NCBI GenBank assembly: GCA_964494475.1
Contig: CAZBRS010000013.1
Coordinates: forward strand, 11,057-75,056
Length of the DNA: 64,000 nt
Source: an uncultured Myxococcales bacterium
Lineage (GTDB): Bacteria > Myxococcota_A > UBA9042 > CAZBRS01
Reading direction: 5' to 3'
Positions 1 through 10,500 of the stretch are shown one piece after another. Positions within the stretch are counted from its first letter, which is position 1, and every line of letters begins with the position of its first letter. The notes under the pieces are model-generated. The model saw only the letters and a program-made list of their open reading frames with translations, was not told the DNA's origin and searched no databases. The translations under genes and the position numbers were made by a program.

Positions 1-17
1 CACTCAGGAGGTCCCCC

Positions 18-2153
18 ATGCGTACGCGATTCCTGGTTCTCCTGGCCCTGGCGGCCCTGGTCGGTGCCTGCACCACCACCGAAGGCGACAACCGCCACGG
101 CAACAACGACGACATCTGGAACAACACCAACGACGCCGACGACGACGCGAGCGACGAGGTCTTGAAGACCGACGGCCAGGGCGACGACTCGACCGTGCCG
201 CCCGACGGCGCCGACGACACGCCCCAGGGCGACGGCCTGGTGGTCGACTCGACGATCGCGGCCATCCAGAAGGACCCGCGCGGGCTCGACTGCAACGCGG
301 CGGTCGACAGCTTCATCGACCTTCAGGCCGGCGTTCGGCTCGAGGGGTTGCAGGTCGTGTCCGATACGTTCTACGCGGGCACCGATCTCACGGGCCTGTT
401 CGTCGCGGCGGGCGCGGGCGCGTGGAACAGCATCCTGCTGGTCTTCCCGGCCGAGACGTTCCCGTCGGTCGAGTTCGCGCCCGGCGACGTGCTCACCGTC
501 ACGGGCGACGCGCAGGAGGCCTTCTGCCTGACCGAGATCGACGTGCTCACCGCCGAGAAGACCGGCGACGGCGCGGCGCTGCCCGCGCCCGTCGTGGTCA
601 CTCCCGCCGACATCGCCTCGTTCGGCGGCCCCAAGGCCGAGGAGCTCGAGGCGGTCTACGTGAAGGTCGAGAACGTCGCCGTGACCGACATCAACGGCCA
701 GTACGGCACCTTCGCCCTCGACGACAAGCTCACGGTCGACGACACCTTCCGGCCCGGGCTCTACCCCAAGGTGGGCTGCTCCCTGAAGTCCGTCAGCGGC
801 GTGCTGCACTTCAGCTTCGGCGAGTACAAGCTGCTGCCGCTCTCGGGCTCCGACATCGTGATCGACGAGGCCAAGGGCTGCGAGCAGCAGGGCGGCCCCA
901 TGACCCTCGAGCAGATCCAGTCCGACGCCACCTCGACCGGCTGCGCGGCCGACGGCCCCGTCAGCTCGTTCAAGGGCATCTCGGTCGCCGACGTGCTCGT
1001 CATGAGCCCCGGCTTCAAGAGCAGCACCTTCATGCAGTACTACGTGTCCGACGGCAGCAGCGGCGAGTTCTCGGGCGTGCTCCTGAACGTGGCCACGGCC
1101 CTCGACCCCGGCCTCGTGCCCGGCGACCTGCTGAACGTGACCGGCGAGGCCATGGAGTACTACTGCCAGACCCAGCTCGTGCCGAACACCCTCACGAAGG
1201 TCTCGTCGGGCAACGCGCTGCCGAGCCCCGCGCCGGTGGCCCTCTCGACCCTCAACTCCACGGCGGCCACCTCCGAGCCCTACGAGGGCACCTACGTCGA
1301 GCTCTCGAACGTCGTGGTCAAGGAGCAGAATCAGTACGGCGACTTCTACGTGGGCACCGCCGGAGGCACCGAGAAGCTGCTGGTCGACAACCACTTCAAC
1401 CACGGCGTGCTGCCCAAGGCCGGTTGCGAGATCGCCAAGGTGCGCGGCCTGGTCGGCTACACCTTCGGCGAGTACAAGCTGGACCCCGTCGACGCGGCGG
1501 CGTTCGAGTTCGCGCCCGGATCGGACTGCGCGGGCGCCACGAACGACACCACCCTGAGCGCGCTGCAGCTCCAGACCGAGGGCGTGATCTGCAACGCCGA
1601 CAGCGGCTCGTTCGTCACCTTGAAGAACGGCGTGAAGGTCGCCGACGTCATCGTGGCCAGCAAGCGCTACGACGCCAGCAACAACCTGCACGGCTACTTC
1701 GCCGAAGAGGCCCCGGGCGGCCCCTCGAACGGCATCCTGCTCGTGGTCGCCAAGACCGAGAACACCAACTGGGCCATCGGCACCCGGCTCGACGTCGAAG
1801 GCGACGCCAAGGAGTACTACTGCATGACCGAGCTCGAGGCGACCGTCGCGACGGTGACGGGCACGGCCAGCGTGCCGGCGCCCTTCGTCGTGGCGTGGGC
1901 CGACTTCCTCGAGCTGCCCGAGGCCTACGAGGGCGGGCTCATCGAGCTCCACGACGTCACGGTCTCGAACAACACCCCCGAGCACGGCGCCTTCCTGATC
2001 GAGGACAACCTGCTGCAGATCGGCACGCTCTTCCACACGCCGACCACCAAGCCGGCCGTCGACGCCAAGATCTCGATTCTCCGGGGGTTCGTGCGCTACG
2101 CGTTCGGCGCCTACATCCTCGAGCCGCGCGACGCCGCCGACATCGTCCTCTGA
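18..2153 (+). CDS. Secreted lipoprotein with four internal ~170-aa repeats
   Basis: AGGAGG lies 7 nt upstream of the ATG. The N-terminus MRTRFLVLLALAALVGAC is a signal peptide with a lipobox Cys. Each of four repeats ends in a G-E/A-Y-K/I-L motif (FSFGEYKLLP, YTFGEYKLDP, YAFGAYILEP). The composition is protein-like (W/Y/F/K present), unlike the Arg/Gly-rich alternative frames. Function unknown. Confidence 0.7.
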   Translation: MRTRFLVLLALAALVGACTTTEGDNRHGNNDDIWNNTNDADDDASDEVLKTDGQGDDSTVPPDGADDTPQGDGLVVDSTIAAIQKDPRGLDCNAAVDSFIDLQAGVRLEGLQVVSDTFYAGTDLTGLFVAAGAGAWNSILLVFPAETFPSVEFAPGDVLTVTGDAQEAFCLTEIDVLTAEKTGDGAALPAPVVVTPADIASFGGPKAEELEAVYVKVENVAVTDINGQYGTFALDDKLTVDDTFRPGLYPKVGCSLKSVSGVLHFSFGEYKLLPLSGSDIVIDEAKGCEQQGGPMTLEQIQSDATSTGCAADGPVSSFKGISVADVLVMSPGFKSSTFMQYYVSDGSSGEFSGVLLNVATALDPGLVPGDLLNVTGEAMEYYCQTQLVPNTLTKVSSGNALPSPAPVALSTLNSTAATSEPYEGTYVELSNVVVKEQNQYGDFYVGTAGGTEKLLVDNHFNHGVLPKAGCEIAKVRGLVGYTFGEYKLDPVDAAAFEFAPGSDCAGATNDTTLSALQLQTEGVICNADSGSFVTLKNGVKVADVIVASKRYDASNNLHGYFAEEAPGGPSNGILLVVAKTENTNWAIGTRLDVEGDAKEYYCMTELEATVATVTGTASVPAPFVVAWADFLELPEAYEGGLIELHDVTVSNNTPEHGAFLIEDNLLQIGTLFHTPTTKPAVDAKISILRGFVRYAFGAYILEPRDAADIVL

Positions 2154-2261
2154 CCTGTCGTCCTCCCGTCCTCCGACCCGCCCGCCGTCCCGCTTTCGCT
2201 TGTCAGCAGGCGCCCATCTCGGGCATACTTCGCGCGTCACAACACGACCGGGGGACGGACC

Positions 2262-4178
2262 TTGCGAGGGATCGCACTCCACGTCGCGGGTATCATGGTC
2301 CTGGCCGCGCTCTCAGCGCGGTCGGCGCCCGTCCTGGCCCAAAAGGCCGAACCGGTCTCCGGCTTCGTCGGCGAAGAGCCCATGGGCTTCCCCGACGAGA
2401 GCCCCCCGGCTCCGCCGCCAACCGTCACCCCTCCACCGACGCCCACGCCTCCGGTCGCCGCGCCCGTCACGCCCGCCGTGCCCGCGGCGCCCGTCGCGGC
2501 CGAGCCCGCCAAGAAGGTCATCGTGGTGCCCGCTCCCGAAGCGCCGGCACCGGCGGTCGTGCCCGTGGCCCCTCCCGTTCAGACGGTCGTCCCGGTCACT
2601 CCGGCGCCGCCGGTGCCCCTGGCGGCTCCGGCGCCCAAGCCCGAGGCCACGCCCGCCACGGCGGCCGCAGCGGCGGCCAGCCTCGACGAGCAGGCGCGCC
2701 TGGCCGAGGAGAAGAAGATCATCGAGGGCGAGCTCGCCAACGTGGGCGGCCTCGGGCTCGTGCCGTGGGAGAACCGCATCGGCGTGGTCCTCGGCCTCGA
2801 GCGCCTGGGCGAGATCTTCTTTATTGGCATCAAGCCCGAGATCAACTGGAGCCACGAGGTCTGGGACCGACCGTTCTCGATGAGCTTCGGCATCCCGTTC
2901 CGGCTCCAACTTCTCGATACGCGCGCCGATCGGCGCTGGAGCAAGGCCGGCCGGCCCCGCGCCGCCGACTGGGACCAGGTCAGCGACTGGGCGCAGCTCA
3001 TCCAGTTCGTCAAGTGGGGCGGCAAGGAGAAGCACTTCTACCTGAACGTCAACCAGTACGAGTCCAGCTCCATCGGGCACGGCACCATCGTCAAGCGCTA
3101 CAACCAGAACCTGAACTTCAACACGCGCCGCGTCTCGCTGCAGTTCGACGGCTTCCTCGACTGGTTCGGCGGCGAGACCTACCTGAACGACATCGTCGGG
3201 CCCAACGTGATGGGTGCGCTCGTGTTCGCGAAGCCCCTCTCGTTCATCGACCGCAGCAACTACATGCTGCGCTCGTTCTCGCTGGGGTTCACCATCGCCG
3301 CCGACGTCGACGCCCCGCTCCGCAACAAGCTCGACTTCGACGACGCCGACGACGACGGGCGCCGGGCCACCGAGATCGCGATCAACCAGTCGAACTTCGA
3401 GCCGAAGTACGCGTCGACGGTCGTGCTGGCCTACGGCATCGACGTCGAAGAGAAGTGGATCGACACGGGCGTGGTCGACTGGAAGAGCTACGTCGACTAT
3501 TCGTGGCTCGAGACGGGCGTGGCCACCGACAACGGGCCGAGCCAGGCCTACAGCGGCGTGCCCACGCGCGCGGTGCGCTCGGGCGGCTTCACCCTCGGCC
3601 AGCTCGTGCGCGTGAACCTGGGCGACGACCCCAAGCACGCCCTGCGCTTCCGCGCCGAGTACCGCACCTACGACTTCAACTACCTGCCGAGCTACTTCGA
3701 CGTGCTCTACGAGGCCCAGCGCGTGCAGTACTACACGTCGGGCGGGCGCTCCACCCGCGACATCGCCAACATGACCAAGGTGCAGCAGGTGCTCGGCCGC
3801 GACCCCGACGGGCCGCGGGTGCACGGCGTGTACCTCGAGGGCAGCTGGCGCATGTCGCACTACCTGGCCGTGGCCATGGGCTTCGAGATGAACAACCAGA
3901 CGGCCGACGACAGCCTGTTCGTGCACGTCGAGGTGCCCATGCTCGACTGGTGGCAGTTCATGGCCACCTACCACCGGCGCACGGCCAGCGGCTTCGGCGA
4001 TCTGTTCAAGTGGTTCTCGGGCGAGAACGATCTGTTCCTCGCCAAGACGCGCTTCGCCATGGGCGACCTGTTCGCGGTGACCCTCGAGGCCCTCACCCCC
4101 TTCGGCATCGGGCCCGAGAGCTTCTTCCGCAGCACGGTGCAGGTCAACCTCAACGTCGAGATCGGGTTCTCGTATTGA
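2262..4178 (+). CDS. Probable outer-membrane/envelope protein with proline-rich linker
   Basis: A signal peptide (MVLAALSARSAPVLAQ) is followed by ~110 aa of a Pro/Ala/Val-rich, TonB-like spacer. Then comes a ~450-aa domain rich in alternating hydrophobic/aromatic beta-strand-like segments, ending in aromatic ...EIGFSY. The antisense 811-aa ORF is Arg/Gly junk. Confidence 0.6.
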   Translation: MRGIALHVAGIMVLAALSARSAPVLAQKAEPVSGFVGEEPMGFPDESPPAPPPTVTPPPTPTPPVAAPVTPAVPAAPVAAEPAKKVIVVPAPEAPAPAVVPVAPPVQTVVPVTPAPPVPLAAPAPKPEATPATAAAAAASLDEQARLAEEKKIIEGELANVGGLGLVPWENRIGVVLGLERLGEIFFIGIKPEINWSHEVWDRPFSMSFGIPFRLQLLDTRADRRWSKAGRPRAADWDQVSDWAQLIQFVKWGGKEKHFYLNVNQYESSSIGHGTIVKRYNQNLNFNTRRVSLQFDGFLDWFGGETYLNDIVGPNVMGALVFAKPLSFIDRSNYMLRSFSLGFTIAADVDAPLRNKLDFDDADDDGRRATEIAINQSNFEPKYASTVVLAYGIDVEEKWIDTGVVDWKSYVDYSWLETGVATDNGPSQAYSGVPTRAVRSGGFTLGQLVRVNLGDDPKHALRFRAEYRTYDFNYLPSYFDVLYEAQRVQYYTSGGRSTRDIANMTKVQQVLGRDPDGPRVHGVYLEGSWRMSHYLAVAMGFEMNNQTADDSLFVHVEVPMLDWWQFMATYHRRTASGFGDLFKWFSGENDLFLAKTRFAMGDLFAVTLEALTPFGIGPESFFRSTVQVNLNVEIGFSY

Positions 4179-4188
4179 GGAGGCACGC

Positions 4189-5064
4189 ATGAAGACGCAC
4201 GTTCTCCGCCCGCTCCTCGTGACCGCGGCCCTGCTCGCGCTCTCGGGCTGCATGGGCTTCCTCGAGTCCGCGTTCGAGCTCACGTTCGGGCCCGGCGACA
4301 TCGACCAGGTGCAGTTCGACATCCGCTTCCCGTCGGTCGACGACGTGGCCGCGTTCGCCGACCCGGGGGTCACCGACCTGCCGGGCTTCCCCTCCAGCCT
4401 CGACAACGCGACCCTCGCACACCTGCAGGGCGCCCTGGTCGTGCAGGGCACGTGCTCGCAGGACCTGGTCGTCGAGCAGGAGGACGCCGACGACCGCATC
4501 GACGCCAACCGCGTGTTCACGCTGACCACGTGCACCGGCGAGCCGCGCTGCGCGCCCGATTGCCCGGCCGACTTCTTCGGGCTCACCGTCCACGCGCAGG
4601 TGCCCGTCCAGCTGCTCGACGAGGCCAAGGCGGCCCAGCTCAAGGACAGCCTGGCCGAGGTCAGCCCCGACGCCATCGTGCAGGTGCGCCTGCGCTTCCT
4701 CGAGCTCACGTTCTTCCAGGTCGAAGACGGCGCCGAGGTCGACGTCACCGATCACTTCGCCGACATCCTGCTCACCATCTCGAACGCCTGGGGCGAGACC
4801 GTCGAGCTCACGGCGCCCGGCCGCATGCCGCGGGTCACTGTCGACGAGCCCCAGCGCTTCGACATCGACGCCGAGTCCGACCTCATGAAGCGCACCAAGG
4901 ACATGCTGCTGAACGCCGAACCCATCAGCCTGAACATCGGCGTGTCCATGCGCGTGCGAGAGCCCGATCTGTACTCCCTGCGCATCGCCGACGCCGGCGT
5001 GCGCGTCGACGTGCAGCCCGAGTTCGTCATCAGCGCGCTCAAGGCCGCCACCTCCAAGCTCTGA
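4189..5064 (+). CDS. Lipoprotein, function unknown
   Basis: It lies 10 nt after the upstream gene. The N-terminus MKTHVLRPLLVTAALLALSGC carries a lipobox. Composition is normal. Confidence 0.6.
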   Translation: MKTHVLRPLLVTAALLALSGCMGFLESAFELTFGPGDIDQVQFDIRFPSVDDVAAFADPGVTDLPGFPSSLDNATLAHLQGALVVQGTCSQDLVVEQEDADDRIDANRVFTLTTCTGEPRCAPDCPADFFGLTVHAQVPVQLLDEAKAAQLKDSLAEVSPDAIVQVRLRFLELTFFQVEDGAEVDVTDHFADILLTISNAWGETVELTAPGRMPRVTVDEPQRFDIDAESDLMKRTKDMLLNAEPISLNIGVSMRVREPDLYSLRIADAGVRVDVQPEFVISALKAATSKL

Positions 5065-5090
5065 GAGCCCACGGTGGCAGGGAGGAGTCC

Positions 5091-7592
5091 ATGACCCGCA
5101 GTCTCCGCACGTGGCTCGTCATCGCCGCCTTCCCGGCGGTGGCGTGTCAGGGCTACTTCGAGAACCCCGGCCCCGACGTCGCGACGGGGCCCGACCTCAC
5201 GCGCTTCGCGGGCGCCGGCGTGGGCGAAGCCTGCAGCGCCGACGACGACTGCCGCGACGGCCTGGCGTGCGAAGCGTCGGGTTGCGCTCCGATCGGCGAC
5301 CGCCTCGCCGACGAGAAGTGCCTGCTCTCGGACGAGTGCGCCGACGGCCTGAACTGCGGCTGGTCCGGCTTCTGCGCGCCCGAGGGCTCGGGCCTCGACG
5401 AGTGCGCTTCTTCGAGCGACTGCCCCAAGGGGCAGTACTGCCGGCTCGTGAGCGTGTCGGGCACGTGCGCCTCGCCGTCGTCCGACGCCGGCGATCTGGG
5501 CGCGCCCTGCGAGACCACCGCCGACTGCCTCGCGGGCCTGGCGTGCTCGTTCGTGTCGAAGACGTGCGTGGCCGGGGCTCTGCTCCTGAACCCCGACCTC
5601 TACATCGGCACGGCCTGCCCCGACGAATCGGCCGAGCCCTTCGGCGTGCGCATGGCGCTGCCGGGCTCCGACGCCAACGCCGACTTCTACTCCCTCCCGT
5701 TCCCCTCGGACGTGCGCCTCGTCGACGGGCGCGTCGACCTCTCGGGTCACCCGGTTCCGGGGCCCGGCAGCGTGGGCTTCGACCTGGTGGCCGCCGTCGT
5801 CGACGCCCTCGAGGCCGAGGCCGACGGCTTCAGCGTCTACCCGCTGGTGCTCTTCCGTTTCACGCGCCCGGTCGACCCCGCGACGTTGACGACGGGGGGC
5901 GCGAACCCGACGCTCCGCCTGGTCGAGTTGCCGTCGGGCGACGCGGTGCCCTTCACGTTCTCGTTCGCCGAGGCCCCCGGCAAGTACGCGTGCGGCCACC
6001 GCCTGGCGCTGCGCCCCACGTGGTCCAGGCCCCTGAAGGCGCGCACCACGTACGCGGCCGTCGTCACGCGCGGCGTGCGCTCCCTGGCTCCCGAAGGGCA
6101 GAGCGCCGAGGAGCCCGAGGCGCTCGACGACCTGCCGGCCTTGCTCTCGGCTTCGGCCCCCGCCGAAGCGGCCGCCAAGGCGGCATGGCAGGCCTATGCG
6201 CCCCTCCGCGCGTGGCTCGGCGCGGGCACCGTCCAGGCCGAGGCCGTGGCCGGCGCCACCGTGTTCACCACGGGTGACCCCACGGCCGTCATGAAGAGCT
6301 TCCCGGCCGCGGCCGCCGCGGCGCCCGCGCCCAAGGTCGTCAAGGCGTCCGTTACCGTGTGCCAGCCCGGTACGCGGAGCCCGTGCGCGACGCCCGACTT
6401 CGCGAGCACGGCCGACGGGCTGGCGGGCGGGGCCGACCCGCGCGACTGCCCCAAGACGGCGCTGGCGGGCTTCTACGAGGTCCACCTCAAGCTCACGCTG
6501 CCCGTGTACCAGAACGGCGAGCGACCCTACCTGCGCGAGGGTGGGGCGCTGAACCTGGTCGACGGCAAACCGGTGGCCGTCGGCACCGAGGAGGTCTGCG
6601 CGGCCGTCACCGTGCCGAGCGGCGCGATGCCGCCCTCGGGCTGGCCGCTCGTCCTGTACGCGCACGGCACCAGCGGCTCGTTCCGCACCGGCGCCGCCAC
6701 CTACGGCGAGATCGCGGCCGACTGGGGCGTGGCCACCCTGGCCATCGACCAGCCCATGCACGGCGACCGCCGGAGCTCCACCGACGATCCGGGCCCGCTC
6801 TTCTACAACTACGCGAACCCGCAGGCCGCCAAGGGCAACCTCTACCAGGGCGCGGCCGACAACTTCGCGCTGCTGCGCTTCGCCAAGGCCTTCGACGACA
6901 CGCTGGGCGCGGCCGGCCGCGTGGCCTTCGACGACGACCGCCTGGTCTACATGGGCCACTCGCAGGGTGCCACGACGGGGCCCCTCTTCCTGCCCTACGC
7001 CGACGAGTTGAAGGCGGCCGTGCTCACCGGGGCCGGCGGCTCGCTGGTCGAGGGGCTGCTCGGCAAGGAGAAGCCCTACAACGCGTCGGTGGGCATGCGC
7101 GTGGGGCTGCAGGAGATCGACCTCGACGCGTGGCACCCGGTGCTCGCGCTCATCGAGCACTACTTCGACGCCACCGAGCCCGCCCTTTACGCGCCGCTGG
7201 CCTTCGCAGAGCCCGTGGGCGAGCCGCTCTCCGTGTTGAACGTGGTGGGGTGGGACGACCACTACTCGCCCTGGCGCGCCGGCGTCATCTTCGCGGCGTC
7301 GCTCGGGGGAGCCTGGGCCGTGCCCGACCACCAGCCCGCCGACCTCGACGTGACCGGGTTCGACCCCGAGACCGACCTCGGCCTCGAGGGCGTCGACCTG
7401 CCCGCCGCAGGCCTCAGCGGCAACATCACCGCCCCGGGCGGCAAGAAGGTGACCGGCGCCTCGGTGGCCCACGTGAGCAACGGCACCTACGACGGGCACT
7501 TCGTGGGCGCGCGCAACGAAGACGCCGTCCGCCAGATCGCGACCTTCCTCGGCGACGTGTTCGCGTCGAAGACTCCGCGCGTGGTCGAGTAG
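5091..7592 (+). CDS. Secreted alpha/beta-hydrolase (esterase/lipase-like) with N-terminal Cys-rich repeat module
   Basis: The internal ATG (MTRSLRTWLVIAAFPAVAC, signal/lipobox) of the 4452..7592 ORF is the likely start. The N-terminal ~250 aa contain repeated C-x-D-C-x-x-G-L-x-C cysteine modules. The C-terminal half has the nucleophile elbow GHSQG and a LVLYAHGTSGS oxyanion-type segment, typical of the alpha/beta-hydrolase fold. Confidence 0.7.
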   Translation: MTRSLRTWLVIAAFPAVACQGYFENPGPDVATGPDLTRFAGAGVGEACSADDDCRDGLACEASGCAPIGDRLADEKCLLSDECADGLNCGWSGFCAPEGSGLDECASSSDCPKGQYCRLVSVSGTCASPSSDAGDLGAPCETTADCLAGLACSFVSKTCVAGALLLNPDLYIGTACPDESAEPFGVRMALPGSDANADFYSLPFPSDVRLVDGRVDLSGHPVPGPGSVGFDLVAAVVDALEAEADGFSVYPLVLFRFTRPVDPATLTTGGANPTLRLVELPSGDAVPFTFSFAEAPGKYACGHRLALRPTWSRPLKARTTYAAVVTRGVRSLAPEGQSAEEPEALDDLPALLSASAPAEAAAKAAWQAYAPLRAWLGAGTVQAEAVAGATVFTTGDPTAVMKSFPAAAAAAPAPKVVKASVTVCQPGTRSPCATPDFASTADGLAGGADPRDCPKTALAGFYEVHLKLTLPVYQNGERPYLREGGALNLVDGKPVAVGTEEVCAAVTVPSGAMPPSGWPLVLYAHGTSGSFRTGAATYGEIAADWGVATLAIDQPMHGDRRSSTDDPGPLFYNYANPQAAKGNLYQGAADNFALLRFAKAFDDTLGAAGRVAFDDDRLVYMGHSQGATTGPLFLPYADELKAAVLTGAGGSLVEGLLGKEKPYNASVGMRVGLQEIDLDAWHPVLALIEHYFDATEPALYAPLAFAEPVGEPLSVLNVVGWDDHYSPWRAGVIFAASLGGAWAVPDHQPADLDVTGFDPETDLGLEGVDLPAAGLSGNITAPGGKKVTGASVAHVSNGTYDGHFVGARNEDAVRQIATFLGDVFASKTPRVVE

Positions 7593-7599
7593 AGCAGGC

Positions 7600-10500
7600 A
7601 TGGCCGAGCCCCTTCCGGAGCGAAAGAGCGGCGACGGGAACCCTAGCGTGCTCACGCGCGCCCGGCGCCTGCTGGCCCTCGACGGGTCCGACCGGCGCCC
7701 GCTGGCGGCGCTCGCGCCCATCTTCGCGGTCTCGGCGGCCTCGGCCATCATCGGCTCCAGCGCTGCGAAGTCGCTGTTCCTGTCGGCCAACGAACTGGGG
7801 CTCCTGCCCTGGATGTTCCTGGCCTCGGCCACGTTCACGGCCGTGGTCTCCAGCCTGTACGTGTCGGCCATCCAGCGCGCCCCCCTCGAGGTGCGCTACC
7901 CCGTGCTGCTGGCGTTCACCCTGGTCTCGTTCGTCGCGCTCCGGTTGCTCTACCCCGTGGCCCCCGAGGTCATGTCGCTGGCGGTCTTCATCTGGCTGCC
8001 CGGCATGGGCTACCTCATCGCCCTGCAGGCGTGGAGCACCGCCTCGTCGCTGCTGCCCACGCGCCAGGGCAAGCGGCTCTTCCCTGTGCTGGCGGCGGTC
8101 GCCACGGCCGGTGCCGCGGGCGGCGGCGCGCTCGTCAAGCTGCTGCTCAACTGGTGGGAGGCCGAAGACCTGATCTGGCTGACCGCCGGGCTGCTGGTCG
8201 TGCCCCTCGTCACGGTGCGGGGCACCATCCGGCGCCTGCGACGCATCGCCGACGAGGGTCGGGGCGACCCCACGAAGGACGCCCGGAGTCCGCGCGCCAC
8301 CGACCTGCGTCCCGTCGTGGCCGAGAGCGCCGGGGTGCTGGGCGGGTTCCGGGCGATCGCGCGCTCGCCGCTCCTGTGGCGGCTGGCGCTCTTCGTCTTC
8401 TGCCTGCAGGCCATGTCGGTGCTGGTCGACTTCCAGTTCAACGGCGAGCTCAAGCGGTCGTTCTCGAAGCGGGAGATCGCCTCGTTCCTCGGCACGTTCT
8501 ACCTGGTCTCGAACGCCGTGGTCGTGCTGTTGTCGCTGTTCGCGAGCGGCCGCATCCTGAAGTCGCTGGGCGTGGGCCTGTCGCTGTCGCTGGGCGCGCT
8601 GCTCGTGGGCGCCGGCAGCGCGGTCTACCTGGTCGCGGCGGGGGGCGAGGTGGCCAGCCCCTTCGCGGCCATGGCCTTCACGGCCTTCGCGCTCCACGTG
8701 GGGCAGTACGCCATGACCCGCAACGCCATCCAGGTGCTGGTCACGCCCCTCGACACCGTCGAGGGTGAGCGCTCGCGCACGCTCATCGACGGCGTCGTAT
8801 ACCGCCTGGCGACCATCGTGGCGTCGGTGGCGTTGCTGATCGTGGCGCCGGCGGCGCAGTCGTTGTACGTGCTCTCCCCCGTGATCATCGTGGCGTCGCT
8901 GGTCGTCGTGGTGTTCGGCCTCAAGGTCGGTCCGCACTACCGCGCAGCGCTCTTCCAGGCCCTGCGGGCCCGGCGCCTCGACGACACGGCCTCGCGCATC
9001 CTCGATCGCGGGCTGGGGCGGCGGGCGCTCCGCGAGGTCGAGCGGCGGCTCCAGGATCCCGATCCCGCCGCCGTCCGCTACGCGCTCGACGTCATCAACG
9101 ATCTGCACGTCGACGTACGCCCCGAGCTGCTCGAGGCGCTGGTGCGCTTCGGACCTCCCGACATCGCCGAGCGCGCCCTGCAGACCATGCGGGTCACCGG
9201 AACCCCCCCCACGCGCGATCTCCTGCAGGCGCTCCTCGCCAGCGAGCGCCCCCTCGGGGTGGTGCGCGAGGCGCTGCACGCCTGCAACCAGGGCGGCGAC
9301 GCCTCGCTGCTCGAGGTGGTGCGGCCGCTGGTCCGGCACGCCGACCCCACGGTGGCGGCGCTCGCGGGGCTCTTCCGCTTGCGGTTCGAGGACGCGGGGG
9401 GCGTCGAGGCCATCGAGCGCGAGCTCGAGGAGGGCGAGGGGCACGATCCACGCCACCGCGCCTCGGAGGTGGGCCGGGCCGAGACCGCGCGGCAACGCGC
9501 CGTGGGCCTGGCGCGCGACCTCTTCGCCATGGTGGGCGGCGGCGCGGCGGGGGTCAGCCCCGAGGCCGTGCAGGCCATGGGGCGCATGCGCCTGCCGGCG
9601 TTCGTCGACCCGCTGATCGCGTGCCTGACCGAGCGCCGGTTGCGCGCGGCCGGCGTCGACGCGCTGGTGGCGCAGGGAGCCATCGCGTTGCCGCGCCTGG
9701 CCGAGCGCCTGGCCGAGGCCGACCTGCCCCTCAGCTCGCGCGTAGCGCTCTACCAGGTGCTCACGCGCGTGGGGTCGCGCGAGGCCGTGGCGCTGCTCGA
9801 GGAGCAGACGGGTTCGCCCTCCATGGCGGTGCGCAGCGAGGCGGTGCTGGCGCTCTGGCGGGCCGTCCGACGCCCGCAGACGGCCAAGCCCTCCGAGTCC
9901 AGGGTGCGCGCGCGCATCCTCGAGGAGATCGAGCGGCTGCGGCGCTACGCCGGGCTCGAGCGCACGGTGTCGCCGACGGGGCCCTTCCGGATGTTCTTCC
10001 GCGAAGAGCTCGAGACCGCGCGCTTCCAGGCCGAGCGGCGCGTGCTGCGCCTGCTCGGCATCCTGTACGATCGCGCGGCGCTCTACCGCGTGTACCTGCA
10101 CTACCGCTCGAAGACCCCGCGCGTGCGCAGCAACGCCATCGAGCTGCTCGAGCAGCACGTGATCGACCCGGCCCTCAAGCCCTTCGTGGGGCTGGTCGAG
10201 CGTGTGGGCGACGCCAGCGGCGAGGAGCAGATGCGCACCGTGATGGTGCGCAAGCTGGTGCCCGACGGCACCGTCGTCGAGATGCTCTCGGGGGTCGAGC
10301 CCTGGCTGCGGCGCCTGTGGTCGTGGGTCCTCGGGCGCGAAGAGAAGCCGGCGCTCGCGTTCGAGTGGGGCAACACCATCGACCGCGTGTTCCAGCTTCG
10401 GCACCTGCCCATCTTCGAGGGCCTGAGCGGCGAGCAGCTCGCGTCGATCGCGCCGGCCTGCGACCGCCGCGAGTGGCCCGCCGGGTCCACGCTCTTCGAG

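Noticed and set aside
422-4192. 1,256-aa plus-strand Arg-rich ORF
   Set aside because: It is an alternative frame of genes 1 and 2, with >25% Arg and no plausible fold.
2313-4748. 811-aa minus-strand ORF
   Set aside because: It is antisense to the OMP gene, with low-complexity composition.
4752-7871. 1,039-aa minus-strand ORF
   Set aside because: It is antisense to the hydrolase gene. The sense frame has a signal peptide and GHSQG.
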